Below, piece by piece: positions 25,968 to 32,000 of a stretch of DNA of 32,000 bases. Positions within the stretch are counted from its first letter, which is position 1; each line of letters opens with the position of its first letter. The stretch comes from Pyrolobus fumarii 1A (GTDB lineage: Archaea > Thermoproteota > Thermoprotei_A > Sulfolobales > Pyrodictiaceae): positions 270,001 through 302,000 of the forward strand of contig NC_015931.1 in assembly GCF_000223395.1 (NCBI RefSeq), in the 5' to 3' direction. The position numbers and the translations under genes are program-made. Under the pieces are notes generated by a model. That model was not told the DNA's origin. It made no database searches and was given only the letters and a program-made list of their open reading frames with translations.

Positions 25968-28900
25968 CTACTGCTGCTCGAGGAGCTTGGCGGGTAGCGC
26001 GACGACCCTAACACTCCTGCCCCGGTACCACACCGTCTTGTAGACAGCCTCAATGCCGCTGTTTCTTAGCTCGCTGTACAGCTGGGATAGGCTCTGGTAG
26101 CCTAGGTGTTTGACAGCCTCGCTCGTCAGCGCGATAAACTCCTTCTTCCTAAAGGCCGATCCCTCCTCGAGGAGCCTTGGCAGCTCATCCAGGATCTTCT
26201 CGAGTATAGACTTCCCTCCAGCTTTGGCTTCGACACTCTCTCCTTGTACCTTGGAGGCTTCCTCCTCTTCACCCTCTGCTCCAACCGCGGTTGGAACCAC
26301 TCTCACCTCCAGCGTCTCGAGAAGCTCAGCCAAGAGGTCTGGGTCGGCTCCTAGGGCTGCAGCAACCCGGTTCAACCGCAGTTGGAGCACCCGCAGTCTC
26401 TCCTCGACGACCCCAGGATCCCGGTCGACGACGATCACCAGCCTTCCGCAGCCTGCCCTGACGCAGCGCTTGAGGAGCTTCAGGGTATACTCGTGCGTCA
26501 TGTGCCTCTCCGGGTCGCTAACCACCTCGACGCAGAGAGCCTCACCCCAGTGCTCGTCGTCCAGGGGCTTCAGGGCGACGATATCCGGCCTATCCTCGCC
26601 ACCGGCCTTGTCAACCACGACATAGTAGCCTCTCTCGGCGAGCTCCTCCGCGATAGACCTGATGGCCTCGCGGTGCCACCCGCCGCCGTGCCTCGTCGAG
26701 AAGTCTAGTAGCTCCTCGCCCCTAGAGGTTAGGATGAGCTGCTCTCCCTTAAGCTCGAGGAACCCCCTCTGCCGGAGAGACTCTACGACCTGAGCTGCCC
26801 TCACCAGCCCAAGCTGCTCCGCAAGCCTACCCAGGGTCAAACCGCTCTTCTCGACCTGAACAAGGATCCTCCATTCTAGTGGCGACACCGGGGCCTCGAC
26901 GCTAACCCTCTCTGTCGACACCGGCGCGCCGTGGCGCCCGAGGCTCTCCTCGATCCTAGACCTGACAACCGGGTCGTCTAGGTAGGGGTTGCCTCTGCCC
27001 AGCTCCACGGGTATGTAGGGCGCCCTGAGGGTGAATGGTCGTAGCGTCGTCTTCCCGACTCTTATGCGCGCTATGAACGTGTAGTCGGGGAGGTTGATCA
27101 GGTCGTGGTCGGTGGCGTAGGGCTCGTATAGCTTCCTAAGCTCCCTGGCAGAGACAAGGCCGACCTGGAAGGTGAACACGTGCTTGGCCAGCTCGTAGAG
27201 CGCGGCACGCAGCCTCTCGGGGAGCTGCCTGGGATACTGGGTCATGGCGACCAGGAACACGCGGAACTTCCGGGTCTCCGCCATCATCTGCGCTATGAGC
27301 CTCGCCAACGCCGGCGACACGAAGTTGTGAAGCTCGTCGACAAAGACGAATGCTGTTGGTCTATCCTCCTCGCCGCGCTCGCCGCGCGCGTAGGCCGCCG
27401 CAAAGATCCTCGAGAGTATCAGGGAGCCGAAGAAGTTGAGGCTCTCAGTACCCTTCAGGGCACCCATGTTAACGACAACAATGTAGCCATTGTCGAGGGC
27501 CCAGCCTAGGTCAACCGTGGAGCGTTTGGCCTCCACGAACGGCCTTATCAACGGGTCCAGGGTGAACTTCCCGAGCTTGTTGAGAACCGACTGGACCGCA
27601 TCCGGCGCCTTCTTCAAGAGCGCGGGGTACTGCTCCTCCCAGAACTCTGCCACCTCATCATCCTCCACGTACTCTAGGAACCTTGCACGAGTCTCCTCAT
27701 CGACGAACACGCGGTACACGTCGCTAAGGCTGTAGGAGCCTGGCGGCGCGCTCAACACAAGCTTAACCGCCATCCTCATCAGGTGCTCGGTTCTCGGGCC
27801 CCAGAACCTCTGAAAGTATGCAGCAACCGCCCCCAGGAAAGTCTCCTGGAGCTTGTCGCGCTCGGCGGGCTCCCGGTACTCGAGGAAGTTGATCTTAACC
27901 ACGCGGCCATAATACTCGACCGTGCGCGGATCGATGTAGACGAGCCTATCGACACACTCCTCCGGGAGGCTCTTAACCAGCTTAAGCGCGTCATCGCCGT
28001 TAGGATCGATGTATACTATTGAGGTTCTACCGCAGCCCTCGGCCGCAAGCAGAGAGAGCATAAGGTAACGCGCGTAGCTAGACTTGCCGGCGCCGGTAGT
28101 CCCGAAGATGGCCTTGTGTGCACGCGAGAACTCGGAGACAGGAAGGCCGTACGCGGTGCCCTCGAACAAGCCTAGCGGCACGACGCGCCTGCCGCCCACA
28201 AGCCTCCTCAGGTCATCGAAGCTAAGCTCCCCCGGAAGCTCCCCGATCTTCACGATCTCGGGCGGCGGCTCTAAGACAGCGATGCCGAGGCGAACCGGGA
28301 GGCTCGGCACGGGCCTCGGCACGTTGACGAGAGCCGCAAGCTCCTTGGGTGTTAGGACTGGTAGCCTCTTGTCCCTGAAGAAGACGCCCAGATGCTCAAC
28401 CTCTCTTCTCCTAATCCTCTCGAGCATCTTCTCGTCAAGCCTCTTGATCCTACAGACTATGTTGTTGTAGTGGAACTGGTGGAAGGCCTCGCAGACACGC
28501 TCCACCTTACCCTTATCATCTGCGACCACCCTGACGGCGACAGCGTAGAGACGGTGCATGAGCTTAGCCTCAGCCTGCCTAACCTCCTCGTTCTCGACGG
28601 GCAGCAGATGCCGCTGCATCATGTAATGCTGGCGGCGCATCAACTCGTCATACGGGCTGTACGACGGGTCTATCAGGTCCAGCAGCTCCCTAACAACCAT
28701 CTTGACCGTCGACTCTCCACCCCCACGCCTCCTGTTATACACCCACTCTGCGATCACGCTCTTTGCCCGAGGCTCGTGCTCCCAGCATATCTGGACGAAG
28801 ACACCAGGCTCAACAGCATCGATCCACAATGCGGCTGTGTTTATGCTCACGGGCTTCTTCTCGGTGTGCTTGAAGAGCGGGTGGTAGAAACCCCTCTCAA

Positions 28901-29189
28901 GCCTCCCGACACCCACCCAGCCCCTGCTCGGAGGCTCCGGGGGCCTAGCCTCGACGACAACCAGCCTACCCTCGAAGAGATCCTGCAGAGCCTTCTTCAC
29001 GCCACCAGCCTCACCCTCAGCAACCAGCAGGTACAAGCGGAGATGCCTACCGTCGTGCACCACCTCGAAGCAGCCACGATGAAGCCTGGCCAAGAGATGC
29101 TCCAGGGCAAGAGGCTCCGGGTCGATCTCGGGATGCGGGAGAAGCTCCAGAGCCCTGAACCTCCACACGTTGCCCTGTCTACCGAGCAA
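25968..29189 (-). CDS. Large P-loop ATPase (HerA/FtsK/VirB4-VirD4-like) fused to a wHTH and a restriction-endonuclease-like C-terminal region (1073 aa)
   Basis: Walker A FGTTGAGKSS (about 28081-28110). Walker B AFVFVDELHNF (about 27330-27356). MTQYPRQL block. wHTH-like LEWRILVQVEKSGLTLGRLAEQLGL...LRQRGFLEL. GEDRPDIVALKP...ALCVEVVSD (about 26517-26600) looks like a PD-(D/E)xK fold, but the canonical Lys is not evident. TTG start. Confidence 0.8.
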   Translation of the reverse strand: MLGRQGNVWRFRALELLPHPEIDPEPLALEHLLARLHRGCFEVVHDGRHLRLYLLVAEGEAGGVKKALQDLFEGRLVVVEARPPEPPSRGWVGVGRLERGFYHPLFKHTEKKPVSINTAALWIDAVEPGVFVQICWEHEPRAKSVIAEWVYNRRRGGGESTVKMVVRELLDLIDPSYSPYDELMRRQHYMMQRHLLPVENEEVRQAEAKLMHRLYAVAVRVVADDKGKVERVCEAFHQFHYNNIVCRIKRLDEKMLERIRRREVEHLGVFFRDKRLPVLTPKELAALVNVPRPVPSLPVRLGIAVLEPPPEIVKIGELPGELSFDDLRRLVGGRRVVPLGLFEGTAYGLPVSEFSRAHKAIFGTTGAGKSSYARYLMLSLLAAEGCGRTSIVYIDPNGDDALKLVKSLPEECVDRLVYIDPRTVEYYGRVVKINFLEYREPAERDKLQETFLGAVAAYFQRFWGPRTEHLMRMAVKLVLSAPPGSYSLSDVYRVFVDEETRARFLEYVEDDEVAEFWEEQYPALLKKAPDAVQSVLNKLGKFTLDPLIRPFVEAKRSTVDLGWALDNGYIVVVNMGALKGTESLNFFGSLILSRIFAAAYARGERGEEDRPTAFVFVDELHNFVSPALARLIAQMMAETRKFRVFLVAMTQYPRQLPERLRAALYELAKHVFTFQVGLVSARELRKLYEPYATDHDLINLPDYTFIARIRVGKTTLRPFTLRAPYIPVELGRGNPYLDDPVVRSRIEESLGRHGAPVSTERVSVEAPVSPLEWRILVQVEKSGLTLGRLAEQLGLVRAAQVVESLRQRGFLELKGEQLILTSRGEELLDFSTRHGGGWHREAIRSIAEELAERGYYVVVDKAGGEDRPDIVALKPLDDEHWGEALCVEVVSDPERHMTHEYTLKLLKRCVRAGCGRLVIVVDRDPGVVEERLRVLQLRLNRVAAALGADPDLLAELLETLEVRVVPTAVGAEGEEEEASKVQGESVEAKAGGKSILEKILDELPRLLEEGSAFRKKEFIALTSEAVKHLGYQSLSQLYSELRNSGIEAVYKTVWYRGRSVRVVALPAKLLEQQ
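26280..26295. repeat. Palindrome family member, perfect 16-bp TCCAACCGCGGTTGGA
   Basis: Inside the ATPase coding sequence, translated PTAVG on the minus strand. Confidence 0.9.
26373..26384. repeat. Palindrome family member, one-mismatch variant CAACCGCAGTTG
   Basis: Inside the ATPase coding sequence. Positional homologue of the perfect copy at 19591..19602 in element 1. Confidence 0.7.
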
Positions 29190-29267
29190 CCCGGGGCCCC
29201 GCCTGGGAGGCGTGTCAACCGCAGTGGGCGCGGAGCATCACGGATCCCAACACCCGTTAGCTTAGGC

Positions 29268-29283
29268 TCCAACCGCGGTTGGA
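29268..29283. repeat. Palindrome family member, perfect 16-bp TCCAACCGCGGTTGGA
   Basis: Intergenic. Lies 1 nt below the stop end of the AbrB-like gene 29285..29500 and about 80 nt upstream of the ATPase start. Confidence 0.9.
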
Positions 29284-29284
29284 C

Positions 29285-29500
29285 CTATCCTCCTTTCCCG
29301 CTCTCGGCATCCTCGTACACAGGCTCTAGCAAGATCCTCCCAGTCTCCTCGTCTAGGCACACCCTGTAAGCCACTATCCCGAGCTTCTCGACGAGATAGA
29401 GGGGGACCCTGACCTTCACGTAGGAGTCCCTCCTCTTCCTTCCTCGCCAGGTCTTCGTGGTGAGCGTCAGCTTCACAATCCTCTCGCCGCTGCACCGCAA
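29285..29500 (-). CDS. AbrB/SpoVT-like small DNA-binding protein (71 aa from TTG; an alternative GTG start at 29476)
   Basis: SYVKVRVPLYLVEKLGIVAYRVCLDEETGRILLEP has the same layout as the AbrB-like ORF 22860..23087. Immediately upstream of the ATPase on the same strand. Confidence 0.5.
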   Translation of the reverse strand: MRCSGERIVKLTLTTKTWRGRKRRDSYVKVRVPLYLVEKLGIVAYRVCLDEETGRILLEPVYEDAESGKGG

Positions 29501-29517
29501 GGCAGCAGCCCCGAGGG

Positions 29518-29931
29518 GTGTACACCCGCAGAGGCTTTAAACCACCACGTAGGGCGTACACCCCACGGTGGCGGGGCTTGGCCGAGGAGAGGCGCGACAA
29601 AACCCAGGTGTACCTCGAGCGGGCAAAGAGCCTAGAGGAGAAGGCGAGGTCGACGTTCAACATGGGGTTTGTCGCCCTAGGCTCCATGCTCGTGCTCGCA
29701 AAATTCCTGAAGGATGTGATCGCACAGACGATCGTCATACTCCTGGGGCTGGGTGTCGCCGGGGTAGCTGTGCTGCAAGCTGCTATAATGAGCCGGGACG
29801 CCGAGAGGATATGGGAGAGGCTGTTGAGAGACCCGAGCCCCTACCCCAAGCTCACACTCATACAGGGGATCCTCCTGCTCGCCATCGGGGTGGCGGCGCT
29901 CATCCTAGCACTCCTCGGCCTCTGGAGGTGA
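29518..29931 (+). CDS. Membrane protein (about three TM helices), 137 aa
   Basis: Hydrophobic segments FVALGSMLVLAKFL, IVILLGLGVAGVAVLQAAI and LIQGILLLAIGVAALILALLGL. Stop overlaps the GTG start region of the next gene. The real start may be an internal Met. Confidence 0.5.
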   Translation: MYTRRGFKPPRRAYTPRWRGLAEERRDKTQVYLERAKSLEEKARSTFNMGFVALGSMLVLAKFLKDVIAQTIVILLGLGVAGVAVLQAAIMSRDAERIWERLLRDPSPYPKLTLIQGILLLAIGVAALILALLGLWR

Positions 29932-29935
29932 TAGT

Positions 29936-31168
29936 GTGAAGAGGCTCACGGCGCTCCTACTCCTGGCTCTCCTCGCCCTCGCCGCCCTCCTCCTCTACAC
30001 GCACGCCGCCGGGACCAACCGCGGTTGGACACCAGACCTGAAACCCGGCACCACCATCACCCTCGAGGAGATCAAACACCTTGAGGAGAGCGGCTGGAGG
30101 CTGGTTAGAACCCCGCTCTACAAGGGCGTGTTTCACGACGCGCCTTGCCCGTCCGGCCTCCTGCTAGCCTACAAGCCTGGGCCTCATAACGGCCCTCTAG
30201 GGGTCTCGTGGAGGACGGCAGACTGGGTCTACACGACGAGAACAGTAAAGCTGAGCAGCGTCGCCAACGCTACGATCTACTACCGCGCGAGACCCACAGC
30301 CACAGTCTACGCCACGAGCATAGCCTACTGCCTCGAGAAGATCAACAACACCGCCTACAGGGTGACAAACTACCTGAAACCAGCATACTACGCAAAGAGC
30401 TACACACTAGAGCCACACAGGATAGTCGTCAAGGTGGACCACGAGGCGTTCGAGAAGCTGCTGAGGAGAGAGTGGGTCGAGTCTTACGTGGCTAAGCTTC
30501 GGGTTTCTCCAAGGCTCGCCGAGGAGAGTGTTAACGACGTGCGTATCGTTGGCTGGTTTCGCGTGGAGAGGCGCGTCTGCGGGGTCGATGTTGTCGTCGA
30601 GGCTCCGAGGCTTAGAGTGGTTTACGGGGATCCCGCCTACACCTACCCCAACAGCTACCTGCGGCACGTCATAGTGTCGTTGGCGAGGTTCATGTGGGAG
30701 CTGCGCGTCTGCACACCCGACGAGGCGGTTAAGGCGAGCTACTGGATCATCTACGGCGGCGACGACACCGACCCATATCCGCCAAACTGGTTGATCAATG
30801 GCGGTGTATGTTGGCAATGGTCTGAGTGGACATTCAGGGCACTGAGGATGCTAGGCTTGCCAGTCTACCTCCTCTACACCCCCGGTAACCCGCCACACGA
30901 GTCTACACTCCTCTGTAGAGAGAGACCAGTGGCCTACCGCGGTTGGTGCTATGGGCTCCTTGCCGTAAACCCGGAGAGTGGGAAGAGGATCATCTGCTGG
31001 CTCTTCGACGACACGGGTTATGTGACAAGCCTTTGGAGGGAGATTGCGAAGATAGGCGCGAGGGTGCATCTAGGCAAGCAGGCATATCCGCCCGAGATAT
31101 ACAGGGTTGTAAAAACATGGGTGGGGTGTAGGATCCCAAGCGACGCTTTCAACGCTACGGCGGGATGA
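29936..31168 (+). CDS. Secreted transglutaminase-like (papain-fold Cys-His-Asp) protein, 410 aa
   Basis: Signal peptide MKRLTALLLLALLALAALLLYTHA. GGVCWQWSEWTFRALRMLGLPVYLLY...PHESTLL...WLFDDTGY resembles the transglutaminase-core pattern G.C..FS..F.ALLR.LGIP.R.V...H.W.E...FD.T. Confidence 0.5.
   Translation: MKRLTALLLLALLALAALLLYTHAAGTNRGWTPDLKPGTTITLEEIKHLEESGWRLVRTPLYKGVFHDAPCPSGLLLAYKPGPHNGPLGVSWRTADWVYTTRTVKLSSVANATIYYRARPTATVYATSIAYCLEKINNTAYRVTNYLKPAYYAKSYTLEPHRIVVKVDHEAFEKLLRREWVESYVAKLRVSPRLAEESVNDVRIVGWFRVERRVCGVDVVVEAPRLRVVYGDPAYTYPNSYLRHVIVSLARFMWELRVCTPDEAVKASYWIIYGGDDTDPYPPNWLINGGVCWQWSEWTFRALRMLGLPVYLLYTPGNPPHESTLLCRERPVAYRGWCYGLLAVNPESGKRIICWLFDDTGYVTSLWREIAKIGARVHLGKQAYPPEIYRVVKTWVGCRIPSDAFNATAG
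30015..30028. repeat. Palindrome family member, perfect 14-bp CCAACCGCGGTTGG
   Basis: Inside the secreted-protein gene just after the signal peptide, translated NRGW on the plus strand. This is a different frame from the ATPase copy. Confidence 0.9.
30933..30946. repeat. Palindrome family member, one-mismatch variant CCTACCGCGGTTGG
   Basis: Inside the secreted-protein gene, translated YRGW. Confidence 0.7.
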
Positions 31169-31994
31169 CCACTATCCTGGCTGTTAGCGGGGTTCTCCAG
31201 ACGCCCAGCTCCTCGTATGGGATCCTGAGCGTCTCGTTGAGCGCCACCACGTGGTATAGGAGTGCTCCGGTAGCAGCATCGTAGATGTACACCTGGCTGC
31301 CTATCGGCACCCCTGTTATCGTCACGTAGGGGTTGCTAGCCACGAGGAGCTTCGCTACCCACGCTGGTATCGGTACCGTTGGCGCTGTCGGCGGGGACTC
31401 GATGTAGAATGTTATGTTGACGGTGTGAGCTCCTGGGGGTAGCACCTCCCTCATTAGCCTCCATGTGAGCGGTGCCCATAGCTTCCTCCTGAACACATCG
31501 TCCACATACACGTAGGGTATCGTCTGTGCTAGTACGTCGGAGCCCCAGGCGCCGGGTACCCTGCCGTAGAAGCCCATCAGGTACGCGTACACTACGCAGC
31601 CCCCGTCGCAGCTCACGTTGAAGATTAGGCCTGCCCTTGGCCACTCTACCCACAGTTTCAGGGCATTGCCGAGGTTCGTGTCCTCGTAGGTTACCAGCGT
31701 GTAATTACCCCAGAGTTGGAGGCCGAGATCCTCGCCTGCGCAGGGTTCCAGCTCGCTCTCGAAGCAGTAGTACGAGATGAGACCCTCCGCCTCCTTCACA
31801 ACCTCATAGTCCGTCGCGTTGATCTTTACAACCCTGATTAAATCGCCGGGCCATAGTGTGCCGGTCCACACGGCTGGCTTCGCGGCCTCCGGTACGAGCT
31901 CCACGCGCCACACGCTAAACGCGTAGAGAGTGTCAATCTGGTTGAATGGCGCCGCTCCAGCCCTGGCTCTGCTGATGTTATACCATAGGCTCAC
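31155..31994 (-). CDS. Hypothetical protein (at least 279 aa), may extend beyond the window
   Basis: Long ORF convergent with 29936..31168 and overlapping its end by 14 nt. Several N-x-S/T sequons. No recognised motif. The first Met is 6 nt from the window edge. Confidence 0.5.
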   Translation of the reverse strand: MSLWYNISRARAGAAPFNQIDTLYAFSVWRVELVPEAAKPAVWTGTLWPGDLIRVVKINATDYEVVKEAEGLISYYCFESELEPCAGEDLGLQLWGNYTLVTYEDTNLGNALKLWVEWPRAGLIFNVSCDGGCVVYAYLMGFYGRVPGAWGSDVLAQTIPYVYVDDVFRRKLWAPLTWRLMREVLPPGAHTVNITFYIESPPTAPTVPIPAWVAKLLVASNPYVTITGVPIGSQVYIYDAATGALLYHVVALNETLRIPYEELGVWRTPLTARIVVIPP

Positions 31995-32000
31995 TACTAT

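Larger units (their letters stand above)
22647..32000. mobile_element. Element 2: apparently intact integrative element. Contains integrase, AbrB-like x2, RHH, large ATPase, membrane and secreted proteins. The right end was not observed.
   Basis: Begins with the tRNA-Ser 3' fragment followed by an element-specific segment and the integrase. No second copy of the tRNA-derived sequence occurs in the window, so the distal att, and presumably the intact tRNA, lie beyond 32000. Confidence 0.65.

Noticed and set aside
26106-29369. Several long plus-strand ORFs (26110..26625, 26382..26708, 27180..27509, 28084..28470, 28392..29369) antisense to the ATPase.
   Set aside because: These are low-complexity shadow ORFs inside a gene with clear Walker motifs on the minus strand. 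The NRGW strings they contain are just the palindrome read in another frame.
29262-29738. 158-aa minus-strand ORF spanning the AbrB-like gene region and the membrane-protein gene.
   Set aside because: It overlaps two better-supported ORFs: the AbrB-like gene on the same strand in another frame, and the three-TM protein on the plus strand. It also runs across the intergenic palindrome.
17071-30946. Explaining the palindromes as restriction-modification targets, since the core CCGCGG is a SacII-type site.
   Set aside because: R-M targets are usually avoided, not enriched, in mobile DNA. The conserved unit is 12-16 bp, much longer than the hexamer. Other CCGCGG sites in the chromosome part lack the AACC/GGTT arms. 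No methyltransferase gene is visible in the window.
1-32000. CRISPR arrays, rRNA genes and IS/transposase genes.
   Set aside because: I found no regularly spaced direct repeats, no rRNA-like sequence and no transposase-like ORFs. The only repeats are the element-to-element homologies and the short motifs reported above.

Overview
GC-rich archaeal window. The protein style, frequent TTG/GTG starts, Nep1, Lhr, SOR/FprA and C-terminally anchored glycoproteins suggest a hyperthermophilic crenarchaeote-like host, but the taxon is inference. All functional calls come from motif recognition by eye; no database search or folding program was available.

Positions 1-16580 look like ordinary chromosome:
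- Lhr helicase
- GGCT-like protein
- a divergent pair of surface-anchored glycoproteins, one C25/caspase-fold-like
- Nep1
- a SagB-type nitroreductase with a twin-arginine-like leader
- a TRASH/YHS protein plus the CopA copper ATPase
- superoxide reductase
- a HicB-like protein
- the flavodiiron protein FprA

Positions ~16581-32000 are accessory DNA. Two related tyrosine-integrase elements sit in tandem in the same orientation, separated by a 60-nt 3' fragment of a tRNA-Ser(GCU).

Element 1 (~16.6-22.6 kb) is decayed. Its integrase keeps only the N-terminal part, its RHH gene is frameshifted, and its large ATPase is reduced to a C-terminal remnant with a frameshift and a nonsense codon. It still carries TA-like and nuclease-like cargo, an HExxH protein and a hidden C2H2 zinc-finger ORF.

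Element 2 (22.65 kb to beyond the window end) looks intact. It has an integrase, two AbrB-like genes, an RHH gene, a 1073-aa P-loop ATPase fused to wHTH and nuclease-like domains, membrane proteins and a secreted transglutaminase-like protein.

Signals most worth follow-up:
1. A perfect 14-16 bp palindrome family (t)CCAACCGCGGTTGG(a), seen only in the elements, in both coding and non-coding DNA.
2. A 130-nt GC-rich non-coding segment with about 32 nested base pairs.
3. A second motif, CTATACGGGCCCGT, in front of the RHH genes.
4. The ATPase-wHTH-nuclease fusion.
5. A Panacea-like ORF and a PD-(D/E)xK ORF separated by a single in-frame TGA.
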